A stretch of DNA of 64,000 bases from Mobula hypostoma. Its lineage: Eukaryota. The notes under the pieces are model-generated. The model was not told the DNA's origin, did not search any database, and saw only the letters and a list, made by a program, of their open reading frames with translations. Where the stretch lies: positions 12,524,001 to 12,588,000 of the forward strand of contig NC_086109.1 in NCBI RefSeq assembly GCF_963921235.1, written 5' to 3'. A program made the position numbers and the translations under genes. Shown here in pieces: positions 12,278 through 23,760 of the stretch. The stretch's first letter is position 1. Each line of letters begins with the position of its first letter.

Positions 12278-12598
12278 CATCAGATACTTGTAGATACACG
12301 TTAAATATTGGAGAATTGCCAGATGATGTAATTACACATATGTAATCCCCTGTATCGTTAGAGTCAAGGTGCTCCATAGTAACAGTAAATATTCCCTGGG
12401 ATGTGTTATCTCTGATTGTCATTCTTCCATACTGCTCATTTTGCCCATTTGTATTCACTCTGGATGTGCATCGGCGATCCCATATGCGGCACAAAAACTT
12501 TGAGTTTGAGCGATATATTAGTGCATAGTGCCAATCGATTGTGATCGCTCTTCCCACAACTCCTCTCACTTTATCTTCTGCCCATAAAGCACCTGAAA
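12278..12598 (-). CDS. Gene B second V-set Ig exon (divergent; canonical Cys->Trp and Trp->Leu)
   Basis: 321 nt (315 with the inner acceptor), phase 1-1, donor gtaggt, open frame; ...ITIDWHY...KFLCRIWDRRC...DTGDYIC. Confidence 0.9.
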
Positions 12599-13587
12599 CT
12601 GAGGGAGAAGTTTTTCAGAATATGGACTGATAAAATCAAATTTACACAAGCAGATTCTAGACTCTAGATTCAAAATTGTTTAATGTCATTTCCAGTGCAC
12701 AAGTGTAAAAGAGAATGAAATAATTGTTACTCTGGTCTACTGCAGCACAAAAACACAAAAGATAAAGAACATAATAATAATAAACAAAGATGTTTTATTT
12801 AAAGCTGTCACTGTGTTCTAAGGAATCTGCCCACATTGTCAATTGCTATCATTGAATTCCACATGGACTGAGAAGACAACAGCATCGTCCCTCATCACGT
12901 GCTCACAGTTCTTCACAAGTAAAGATTTTTATTTGACTGGAGTCATCATTGTCACTGCCCACTAATGTCTCAGCGTGTTTCCACATTTCTGAGTCAATAG
13001 ATTACTGATCCAGTCCCATTCCAGGCAGGTGAGCACAAGATCACTGGTGAGTAACTTACTGGAGGTGATTGTGTGAGACAGGATCTACCTGAATTTGCCA
13101 AAACAAGATCTGATTTGGGATTGTCAATGTGATTTTGGGCATGGGATATCCTCTTTCAATCAAATATGGCTGACTTTTTTGGAAGAGATAATATAAGGGA
13201 CTGCTGAGGTCAGGGCAGTAGTCTTTAGCCCATAGAGCTTAGCAAGGCTTTTGACAAGATCTTGCATTGTCGACTGATCTGTAATGTGAGCTCGCATGGT
13301 GAGCTAACTGGATGGATACGGAATAGGCTTGGCGGAAGGGATAAGATTGTGATTGTGAAGTCTGACAACATCAGACTTTATCACCAGTGGTGTGCCATCG
13401 GGATCAGTGCTGTTATTCATTAACCACTGTTATTGTCATTGATATTAATAATTTGTAATGATAATGTAAGTCACATGATTAATAAGTTTCAGATGACACT
13501 GTAGTGTGGTGGACAGTGGAAAGAGTTGTCGAATTTTATAATGGGATCTGGAAAATGAACCAGTGTTCAGCCACGTTACTCTGTACC

Positions 13588-15190
13588 TGTCATGGTCGGG
13601 ATCAGGTTCCCTTTAAACTTCCTTTGTTTGTGTTACGATCGGGACAGTTGACTCCTTGTTTCCCTTTAATTCCCTGTTTTCCCGTGTCCCTCTGGATTAA
13701 GGGCAATTTACTCTCGACTGAACCGGCAGTTTATAAGTCTCCGGCTTTCAGCCGTTCGGTGCGAGAGCATTATGGAGCATTAACGAGGTCACCGAAGCTA
13801 GTGCGAGCCAAAGTCACCTTGCCGGAGCCAACAAAGTTTCTTGCCGCAGCAAGCCAAGTCTCCTCCTGAAGCAAGTGCCAGCAATTCGCCTTCCCTTGCA
13901 AGAGCAGGTCCATCAAAGATAACCCGCCGGGGGGAGTCAAGATCTCGCCGCTGCTTGGAGCGCACTTGTGTCCAGCGAAGAAACTGTCTATCATTATGTG
14001 GTCTCCGTCTCCATGTCCTGTGTCGAAAAGGGGTCCCAGCCCTGTGCCCTAGAAGGGTCCTGACCCTGTGTCAAAAAGAGTTCCGACTCTGTCCTGTGTC
14101 CTGAGAGGAGCCCTGGCTCAGTGTTTCTTGTCCTCGCCTCCACAGGGTAGGCCCGACTGTCTGTCGCTACCCTGTGTTGGGAACTGTCTCCTCGTGTCCA
14201 AGTCCAGGTCCAGGTTTCGTGGATCAAATCCAAGCTCCGAGGTTCAAGTATCCAGTCCATGTCCGGGACCCAAGTTCCAGGTTCCAGTTCCAAGTCCAGG
14301 TCCAAGTCCAAGTCAAAGCTTTGTGTTCTCGTCCTGTCCAGACCGTTCGGGCTGACCGGAAGTGCACTGAGAGCGGTAAGCGTAAAGGAGTTCGGTGCTT
14401 ACTGTTCTGGTTAACAACAGATGGTGCAATCCGGGTCATATTACGATCAAGGAACATGTTTGTAGACTGGATATTGAACCTTTTACTGTTGGACTTCGGC
14501 CATATTCCACCGAGATACAACACTGGGCGGCATGGGAGGTCGTTCCTGCCTGTGGCCATCGAACTTGCAGCTCCTCCCATGAAGGGTCAGACACCCTGAG
14601 CCAATAGACTGGTCCTGGACTTATTTTCCATCTGGCATAGTTTGCATTTTGTTGTTTGATTGTTTGTAGTTTTTGCATTGCTATATTTATGCTCTATTCT
14701 TGCTTGGTGCGGCTGTAACGAAACCCAATTTATCTATCTATCTATCTTCCTCGTCCAATCCTGTTGCCTTACCACGTCTTGTCCTCGCCTAGATCCGGAG
14801 TCCGAGCCCGAGTCAAGACCCAGGTACCGGGTCCCTGTCCAGTCTCTGGCTCGGAGTCCTTGTCCAGGTTCCAAGTTCCTAGTTCCTCGTCCAGGTCCCG
14901 CTTTCCTAGTCTAGTCCTAGCCCAGGCCCAGTATCCTAGTCTTGTTAAGGGCCTGTGTCTTGTCCAGTGTCGTTTCTTCCCCATTTCCCTTGCTTTCTTG
15001 ACACACCTAGTCCTGTTCCCAGTCCATTACGCTTATTCCTGCTTCCGCTTTGCTCTCTCCTTGATTTCTTTCTGTTCTATCCTTGCATCATGGCTTTCCT
15101 TGTAATTATTAATAAATTCTCTTTAGTTAACCCTACAAAACGTGTTTGTGTCCTGCATTTGGGCCCCACCCTCGCTCCGCACTTGTGACA
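13588..15190 (+). mobile_element. Solo LTR (TG...CA) with 5-bp GTACC TSD, containing hexamer tandem repeats and a nested LINE remnant
   Basis: gtacc at 13583-13587 and 15191-15195; TGTCA...TGACA termini; aataaa near the right end. Confidence 0.85.
14345..14745 (+). mobile_element. Internally deleted Rex1/Babar-like LINE nested in the LTR
   Basis: Endonuclease-like LVNNRWCNPGHITIKE..LRPY fused to the C-terminal PPRYNT..RSFLPVAI; (tatc)n tail. Confidence 0.6.
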
Positions 15191-16789
15191 GTACCAGCAC
15201 AATCCTTCCACCTGAGCCCATCCCATTTGTCTGAATATGAAACATCTACCTCTCTTCACACTACCACCATTGGGTAGGACATACAGGAGTCCTGGACCAG
15301 TTTCACTCGCCTCAGCGCTGAACTGACTTTGCAGCTGTGGACTCACTTTTGGGGACTCTGTGACTCATGTTCTATGTATCATTTGTTTACATATTCTTAT
15401 TATTTGCACGATTCATCCTCTTTTGCACATTGGATGCTTGTTAGTTTTTGTTGTGTGTGGTTTGTCGTGGATCCTGTTGTGTTTCTTTGTTTTGTGGGTA
15501 TCTGCAAGAAGATGAATCTCTAGATTGTTTATGGTATACATAGTTTGATAATAAATTTACTTTGAACTTTGAACTAGGTAAGTGGCCAATGGAACAGGTG
15601 ATGGAATTGATCTGTGAAATTTTGGGATTTTGGGAAATTAAACAAACACAACTTACACTGTCGGGAGCGAGGTGTGCAACCTCATTGGTCCCTGAAAGTG
15701 GCAACACAGGTGGACAAAGTGTTGACCAAGGCAAATGCCATGCTTGCCTTCATTGGTTGGGGCATTAAGCACAGTTGGGATGGTATGTTATAGCTATAAA
15801 GGATGTTGACAAGACTTCAGCTTGTCCAGAGGAAGAGTGTGATTAATTTAGAGAAGACATCCACAAAGATTCTGCTGGGATTGGAAGTTTTGGGATATGG
15901 ATAGGCTGGGACTGTTTGCCCTGAAGTGAACTCTGCTGAAGGGTGACCTTGGTTTAAAAATTAAGAGGGACAAAGGTATGATGGATAATCACGGTCTTTA
16001 TTGCAGACTAGGGACGTCAAAAACTAAAGAGTCTCATCTGAAGGTGAGAGAAGAGTCTTAGAAGGCTGGGAGGGGTAGTGTTTTCCACACAGAGCAGTAT
16101 GTGCATGGAAAAAGTCAGAAGAAGTTTTGGAGGTGGGTACAAATACACTATTTAAAATACATTTGGACAAGTTCATGTCCAGGAAAGCTTTAGAAGGATG
16201 TGGACCAAATGCAAGGAAATGGATGAAGCTCAGCCTTGTTTGTATCTCTAAAACCACTCTTTCTAGTCTTTTCAATATTCGATAGGATTCAATGAGATAC
16301 TCCTTCATCAAAGTCAAAGTCAAAGTAAAAGTTTGTTATCAGAGTGCATACATCTCACCACACATAAACCTAAGATTCTTTTTCTGCAGGCATACTTAGC
16401 AAATCTACAGAACAGTAACTGTAAACAGGATCAATGGAAAACAAACAGTGTAAACTTTGACTTTGACTTTCACTTTGACTTTATTGTCCCCGAACTTGGC
16501 CACGAAGCCATCAATACTGTCATCCAAATCGTTGACATGAAATGTGAAAAGAAGTGGTTCCAACACAGACCACTGTGGAGTCATTGGCAGCCAAACGGAA
16601 AGGCACCATTTTGTTCACGCTCTTTGCCTCCTGCCAGCCAGCCAATCCTCTAACCATTCTGGAATCTTTCCAGTACTACTGTGGCTTCTTCCTTAGCAGC
16701 CTCAAGAGTGGCACCTCGTCAAAGGCCTTCTAAAAATCCAAGTAAACAATATCCACTGACTCTCCTTCATCTTTAAAATTTCAGAAAAG

Positions 16790-17345
16790 AATACTGAAGG
16801 GTCTCCTGTCTCAAGTCCCTCGGGGAGACCAATTAAACCTAAGTTTTTTCTTCTGGATCAGTTTTCCAGATCAGTAATCTTGGATTTAAGACTCTCCAGC
16901 TGTTTATCTGTCGAAGCAACTTTTAGTTCCAAACTCCCGATTTTTTGATCTTTCTTTCATGCGTTCTCCTTCAGTTCAGCGATTTCGTTTTGTTGCTGTT
17001 GAACTTGATGGTCGAGCACATCAATAGAATCCGTAATTGACTTAATCTCGTCTTTAAAACTTCCGTGTATTTCTGCAGCTTGTTCACGGAACAAATTCAA
17101 CATCAATTCATAAGTTAAGACAGGTTGTTTAGGATCGTGTTTCTTTCTTCCATCGCCATTGGCTTCTTTTGCAGGTTTAATGTCTCGGACTTTAGGTCTT
17201 GTAACTGTCTCTTTGTTCGTGTCTTCAAAGTTCAAAATCCAAACTTAAAAGTAAATTAAATAAAGGTGATCATAGATATAAAATGAAATGGTAATAGAGC
17301 GAAGCCAAGAAGTGACCTCACACCATGAGCGCCATCTAGAGAATC
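16790..17345 (-). mobile_element. L1 5' fragment (5' UTR plus ORF1 coiled coil)
   Basis: agatggcg-type 5' start; ORF 16957-17235 continues past a stop into KITDLEN..RRKNL.LIGLPEG, an L1 ORF1p motif. Confidence 0.8.
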
Positions 17346-17349
17346 CTGA

Positions 17350-17830
17350 CTTTCTTCATCTATCCTGCCTGTAATTTCCTCAAAGAATTTTAACTGATTT
17401 TTCAGGCAAGATTTCCCCTATATGAAACCATATTAATCATGTGCCTTCAAGTAAACCCAAAGCTCATCCTTGATAATGGAGTCCAACATCAACATCTTCA
17501 CAACCACTGAAGTCAGGCTAACTGGTCTATAGTTCCCTTTCATTTGCCTCCCTCTATTTTTAAAGAGTGGAGGAACATTCCCAATTTTCCAGTCCTAGAA
17601 AACCATTCCAGAATCCAGTTATTCTTTAAAGATCACTTCTTATGCCTCCACAATCACTTCAGCTGCCTCTTTCAGAACGCTGGGGTGTAGTCTGGCTGGT
17701 CCAGGCAACCTATTAACTTTCAGACCTCTCAGCTTCCCAAGCACCTTCTCTTTAGTAGTAGCAACTACACTCACTCCTGCCCTCCGACATACTTGAATTT
17801 CTTTCATACTGCTTGTGTCTTCTTTAGAGT
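17350..17830 (-). mobile_element. CR1 ORF2 fragment
   Basis: KEKVLGKLRGLKVNRLPGPARLHPSVLKE matches the CR1 linker seen at 25598-27283. Confidence 0.8.
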
Positions 17831-18127
17831 CCTTCCTTTTGTTTATATGATAGTGTCTCTGTCTCACAACTCGACAAAAGTATGAATGGAATTCTCTCTT
17901 TTTTCTGGAGGTGCAAGTCCAACTATGTTTAGATGCTCCACATCTTCCAGGAGGAAGTGACAGACTTAACTGTTTACCACACTTTATTTCTACACCATGG
18001 TGGCTGCAATGTGCAGCTTCTACAAATGCAAAGAAATTCCTTACCCTCACTAGAAGTATATGAGCAGCAGTAACAGAGTAACAAAAAAAAATATTTAAAT
18101 ACATCTTGCCTCAAAATTAGAACTTAC

Positions 18128-18448
18128 TGGTGCCATTGATTTCTGTCACGTAGCTGCAGATCTCTCCGTTGTTGAAGACTGTCACATTAACCGTTGCACT
18201 GGATCTTGCTCCAAGCCAATTCAAGGCTCTGCAGTAATATCGATGGTGCTGCTGGTTGAAGGATTGACAATGTAAAGCCAGTTTATTGGTGCCTGATACC
18301 TTTTGATACCCAGATGAGGTTTCTTCATACCAAGTATACTGAATGGGAAGAGATCCCTGGAAACACTCACAGGAAACTGACACTGAGCCCCCGAGACGTG
18401 AGACATTTGCTGGTGACAGATATCGAAGCACAGGAACAGACACAGGTT
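18128..18448 (-). CDS. Gene B first C2-set Ig exon: EPVSVPVLRY...SCECFQ...YYCRALN...ICSYVTEINGT
   Basis: 321 nt, phase 1-1, acceptor cccacag, donor gtaagt. Confidence 0.93.
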
Positions 18449-18509
18449 CTGTGGGAAGGAATTCAACAATCAGACACTGAATGAACATCTGAAAATCAAA
18501 CACTCTTCT

Positions 18510-19032
18510 GCCACTTTATTAGCTACACCTGTTCACCTAGTCATTAATGCAAATATCAAATTAGTCAATTATGTGGCAGCAACACAGTCCATAAAAGCAT
18601 GCAGACATGGTCAAGATGTCCGGTTGCTGTTTAGGCAAAACATCAGAATGGAGAGGAAATGTGATCTTAGTGACTTTGACAATGGAATAATAGTTGGTGC
18701 CAGATGGGGAGATTTGAGGATCTCAGAAACTGTTGACCTCCTGGGATATTCATGCACAACAGTGTGGTGAATAAAACAAAATGTATCCAGTGAGCAGCAA
18801 TTCCGTGATCAAAAATGCCTTCTTTATGAGAGAGGTCAGAGGAGAATGGCCGGACTGGTTCAAGCTGACAGAAAGATGACAGGAGTTTAAATAACCATGT
18901 GTTATGATGGTGGTGTGCAGAAGAGTATCTGAACCTTGAAGTGAGTTGGTCAGAGCAGCAGAAGACCATGAATGTACACTCAGTGGCCTATTTATTAGTT
19001 ATGAAGATACCTAATAAAGTTGCCACGGAGTG
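18510..19032 (+). mobile_element. Tc1-like transposon remnant
   Basis: TIR-like gccactttattag / ctaataaagttgccac; transposase N-terminus MERKCDLSDFDNGIIVGAR. Confidence 0.8.
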
Positions 19033-19386
19033 CTTAAAGGCAGCAACTTGTGAGATATCCGTCACATGTTTGGTGGCTTTCATAAGAAAATGACCTTCCG
19101 TAGACAGGGAAACTTCTGGCACTGATATTAATACAAAGGTAGTGAGGGGTGGACAATGCCTGGACAAGGATCTTGTAATCTGTGCTGAGGCTGAGCAGGA
19201 GGAGGAGGAGAATGCTGTTCTTCAGACACATCCATGAGATGGACATTTCTGCATTTTACAAGCTTAACCCTGGGATCAGCACATCGTCACTTCCCAGGAC
19301 ATCTAGTGCACTGACCCTTCCCAGGGGAAACATGGATGAGACATTTATTTTACTGAAGGCACAAAGTTATTCACTAAGAAACCTAC

Positions 19387-19707
19387 CAACAGATACTTGT
19401 AGATCTACGTAAAATAATGGATCATAACCGACTGTTGTAATTCCACAGCTGTACCATCCTGTATCTCTGGTTTGAAGATTCTCCATAGTAACAATAAATA
19501 TTCCCTGTTCCGGGTTATCTGTGATTGACACTCGTCCACTCCGTCCGTGTTGCCTATTTGTTTCCACTAAAACTGAACAGTGACGAGTCCGTCCACGGCA
19601 CCAATACTTTGTGTGTGAGCGGTACGTTGCTCCATAGTGACAATCGATTGTGATCACTCTTCCCACAACTCCTCTTACATATTTCTCTGCCCACAATGCA
19701 CCTGAAA
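19387..19707 (-). CDS. Gene B first V-set (CD300/pIgR-type) Ig exon
   Basis: VSGALWAEKYVRG..IDCHY..KYWCRGRTRHC..DTGWYSC; 321 nt, phase 1-1, donor gtaggt. Confidence 0.93.
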
Positions 19708-19758
19708 CTGAGGGAGTTATTTTCAGATTTGCGGGGAAAGGAACAATTAATGCAAACT

Positions 19759-20545
19759 CACAAAAAAAGTACTGGTGAACGCAGCAGGCCAGGCAGCATC
19801 TATTGGAAGAGGTACAGTCGACATTTTGGGCTGAGACCCTTCGTCAGGACTAACTGAAAGAAGAGATAGTAAGAGATTTGAATGTGGGAGGGAGAGGGGG
19901 AGATCTGAAATGATAGGAAAAGACAGGAGGGGGAGGGATAGAGCTAAGAGCTGGAAAGTTGATTGGCAAAAGGGATACAAGGCTGGAGAAGGGAAAGGAT
20001 CATGGGATGGGAGGCCTAGGGAGAAAGAAAGGGGGAGGAGAGCCCATTATAGTGAGAGGGACAGAGGGAGAAAAAAGAGAGAGAGAAAAAAAGGGGAAAA
20101 AAATAATAATAAATAAATAAATAAGGGATGGGGTATGAAGGGGAGATGAGGCATTAACGGAAGTTGGAGAAGTCAATGTTCATGCCATCAGGTTGGAGGC
20201 TACCCAGACGGAATATAAGATGTTGTTCCTCCAACCTGAGTGTGGCTTCATCTTGACAATAGAGGAGACCATGGATAGACATATCAGAATGGGAATGGGA
20301 CATGGAATTATAATGTGTGGCCACTGGGAGATCCTGCTTTCTCTGGCGGACAGAGAGTAGGTGTTCAGCAAATTGTCTCCCAGCCTGCGTCGGGTCTCGC
20401 CAATATATAGAAGGCCATATCGGGAGCACCGGACGCAGTATATCACCCCAGCCGACTCACAGGTGAAGTGTCACTTCACCTGGAGGACTGTCTGGGGCCC
20501 ATGAATGGTGGTGAGGGAGGAAGTGTAAGGGCATGTGTAGCAAAC
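19759..20545 (-). mobile_element. Penelope-like retroelement 3' part (GIY-YIG endonuclease plus pLTR) with 11-bp TSD
   Basis: IYCVRCSRYGLLYIGETRRRLG..HL..; TAATGCAAACT at 19748-19758 and 20546-20556; an empty site is seen in gene A near 53195. Confidence 0.9.
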
Positions 20546-20871
20546 TAATGCAAACTAATATTTTTGAACATGACGATGAAAACAGGTGCAGGTCACGTCC
20601 AACATGTGGTCCATGACACCACAGCCAATGATTTTGGTCTGAGGTGCAGTCAGTGCTGTTACTGTGTCAGCTGTGTCAGTACTCTCTCCCCTGTGTCAGT
20701 ACATTGTGGGTTCACTTCCCACTCCAGAGTCCTGAGCAGAAACCCAGGGCTGACCTTTCAGTGCAGTACTGAGGGAGAGACGCAGTGTTGAACTATCAAT
20801 TACCTCCTATCAGCCTTTCAAATATTCACAAAGTTCCCAACGAATTAACTTGGGATGCTCCCAGATTTTTT

Positions 20872-20890
20872 TGTGTGTGTGTGTGTGTGT
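20872..20890. repeat. (TG)n microsatellite
   Basis: Direct reading. Confidence 0.95.
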
Positions 20891-20929
20891 CAGATTCCAG
20901 GAAATTGGAACTGGAGGCGGAGCCTAACG

Positions 20930-21690
20930 GCAATTCCTTTGCTTGCATCTTCAGAAACAGCTCTATTTCTATCTTTGGTAGCTCTCTTTATCCCCCTCAA
21001 GATTCTTTTGCAGTCCCTGATCTGAAGGTTACATGCTCAATTCAATTCTTGGCGGAAATGGGACCTGCTTTTGGGGCCTCACGACTGGTCGCTTTTCGAT
21101 ATGCCAAAGATGCAGCCTGGAAGACCAGCGTGCCGGCTTTTCATGGCTCTGGAGGCAGGCGGATTCAAGGCTGGTGAGTCGTGGGAGTACGCGGAAGATT
21201 GTAAGCGGCGAGCTGGCTACAGGCTGTGTTCCCAGAGGCCCGAGTCTTTTGGGCACAGGGCTTGGAAAATGCGACGCAACAGACTTTTAACAGCATAATT
21301 CAACGAGTCCCTTTGTTAAATCTCCCTTCTACCTGTGAAACAGGGACACCTCTTTTCCCTTATCAGGGAGAGAGAGAGCCTGTAGTATGTTAAGTTACCG
21401 GGTGAATGAATAATCTTCAGGATACTGCAAGTCTGTGTCTTTATTAATGCTTTGCTGCATGCTTGAGTGCTCAGTGGGAGGTGCTGATGCTTTTTTGCTG
21501 TGTCTTTGCTTTGCTGCTGCTTATGCATGGGAGGGGGAGTTGGGGGGGGCTTTGGGGTTCTAACATTTAACTGTCATTCATTCTTTGAGGCACTCCTCTG
21601 TTTTCATGGATGTTTGCTCAGAAAAAGAATTTCAGGATTTACATTGTATACATTTCTCTGACATTAAATGTATCTATTGAAACCTATTGA
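20930..21690 (+). mobile_element. Unclassified retroposon-like element
   Basis: CpG-rich 5' part, no convincing ORF, 3' end attaaatgtatctattgaaacctattga resembling a LINE-type repeated tail. Confidence 0.4.
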
Positions 21691-22708
21691 GATGGGGTCG
21701 GTAGGATCATTTGAGATCATGTTTCAGTCCTCTCCATTAGACTGGTGTCCTGATTTACTCCTCACTTACAGACAAGTTTATAAACTGCAGAAAGAAACCC
21801 CTCATGATGTCTAAAACCAGGCCCTCTGGTTCTGATGGAAACTTTATATTTTGTACCTATCAAGTATTTCTCTGTCTAATTAGAAGGTGGTGTAACAGTG
21901 GTCATTACTACTTTAGTGTCTAGAAATTCAGGTGCAATTTTAATTTCTGTGAGGATACATTGAGAGTTTGTATAGATGATTTATTAATTACTTCTGGTTT
22001 AAAACACATATCAATAATGATAATGATCAACTACCAGACTGACAAAATCCCATCTGGATCAGAAAGGCCTTTCAGGACAGAAATCTTTCATCCCTACACA
22101 CCCTAGTTTACCTTTGACTCCAGATCTAGTAATGTTCTTTACTAATTGGCCCACTGAAATGGCCCAGAAATGACACTGATTTCAAGACAATAATGTCAAT
22201 TGTCATAGTGATCCCTGCAGAGTGAGATAAGATTCCAACAAAGGTAGACCTGATGTTCTCGCTTAACAGCCTCTAGAAGATTTCTCCAGCTGGACATATT
22301 CTCTCCCCACCTGGCTCCACACTATTCACCTTTTCTCTTTATCTGCTTCTGCCTCTCACCCATCTCCAAACTCCACCCCTTTTCCTCCCCATTCCATTTG
22401 CCTGTTGTGCTTCACCCCTCCTCAGTTCCTGACCACCTATTGGACCCAGTCTCACACCTCCCCCTCTCCTATGTACACTATCTCCCTCTGCACTCACACC
22501 TGATGCAGGGTCTCAACCCAAACTGTTGTCATTTCCTGTCCCCATGACAGATGTTGCTTGGCCTGATGAGTTCCTCCAGGAGTGTACTCTGAACTCCATT
22601 TTCCAATATCTTTTATGTCTACAGGTATTCAAGCACTGTTGTGGAAACCGTGTACGACCCCCAATCCAACAATGACTATGCGAATGTACAGCGCTGGTTG
22701 TCACTCAC

Positions 22709-22745
22709 CAGGTAGGAAACCAATCAGAATAATCGAAGGCCACAT
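22709..22745 (-). CDS. Gene B leader (signal peptide) exon: MWPSIILIGFLP
   Basis: ATG at 22745, 37 nt, donor gtgagt, phase 1; paralogous to 60095-60131. Confidence 0.9.
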
Positions 22746-22819
22746 CATTTTATTCACAGGATCCAGCTCGGATCTATCTGTCCTCAGAGAGAAATAACTG
22801 TAAAATAAAATGGAAGAAG

Positions 22820-22875
22820 AAGTCAGCGGGAAGTTTGATCAAAAAAACCACAGTGACCCAACTGCTGTGTGGTAT
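22820..22875 (-). promoter_or_regulatory. Gene B proximal promoter: Ets (GGAAGT) and two RUNX (ACCACA/TGTGGT) motifs
   Basis: cgggaagt 22827-34, aaccaca 22846-52, tgtggt 22868-73; same order and similar spacing upstream of gene A. Confidence 0.55.
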
Positions 22876-23329
22876 GTGACAATCTGAAAAGCTTTCAGTT
22901 ACATTTAGCAATACAGAAACATTTAAGCAATTCCCCAAGACTGAATGAATTGGTGAGAAGTTTTAAAACGGTAGGTGCAAGCAACAGCAAATGATTTGAT
23001 CGGAAGGAACAATAAATGGCTGGAAGGTTTCCGAAGCAGGAGATTAATCTGAAATGTTGATCACTCTGCCTCTGTAGATTCCACCTGATTCACCATGTTC
23101 CTCCGGAAGTTGGAGAAGCAGACTTGATGCGCCAAATGGCCAACTTCTGCTTCTAAATCTTATGGTCTTATGGTCTAAATTTTATTTTTTGCTTAATTAA
23201 AATGTTAGCTGTGGTGAGTCATTGGGGAAAATGTTCATAGTGAAAATTTAACGGTGGAAAGGGAAAGAGCCCATGTTGAGTGTTGTGACCGAGATTGAAA
23301 GTTACCTCACCACTAGTACTGCCCAGAAG

Positions 23330-23760
23330 AGCATTTGATGGCTCTGGGACTGTACTCACTGGAGATTATAAGAATGAGAGTGGTTCTTATTGAACCCTAT
23401 TAAATATTGAAAGGCTTAGATAGAGAGAATGTGGAGAGGATGTTTCCTGTAGTAGGGGAGTCTGGGACCAGAGGGCACAGCCTCAGAGTACAAGTACATT
23501 CCTATAGAACAGAGATGAAAGAATTTTTTTAGACACGCGGTGATAAATCTGTGGAATTCACTGCCACAGACAGCTGTGGAGGCCAAGTCATTGGATATAT
23601 TTAAAGTAGAAGTTGATAAGTTCTTGGTTAGAAAAGACATCAAAGGTTACAGGGAGAAAGCAGGAAATGGGGTTGAGAGGTAAATTAAATCAGCCAGGAT
23701 GAAATGGTGGGACAGATTCTAAAGGAAGAATGACCTAATTCTGCTCCTATGTCTTTTGTT
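23330..23760 (+). mobile_element. CR1 3' fragment
   Basis: ALGLYSLE..R.. motif and CR1 3' UTR. Confidence 0.75.

Larger units (their letters stand above)
670..22745 (-). other. Gene B model: CD300/pIgR-like Ig receptor, leader-V-C2-V-C2-stalk-TM; cytoplasmic exons beyond the left edge
   Basis: Seven exons with GT-AG sites and compatible phases (1,1,1,1,1,2) join into one open frame: 22745-22709, 19707-19387, 18448-18128, 12598-12278, 7603-7283, 1525-1447, 761-670. Confidence 0.85.

Noticed and set aside
13994-14984. Short tandem repeats and ORFs with TWTWTW/QVQVQV runs (possible CRISPR-like array or repeat protein)
   Set aside because: Degenerate hexamer arrays without spacers, inside a TSD-flanked LTR; eukaryotic context.
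17640-18104. ORF containing HSYFCRV, resembling the stalk xCE motif after the first C2 of gene B
   Set aside because: The nearest AG gives a phase incompatible with the C2 donor, and the frame runs into CR1 ORF2.
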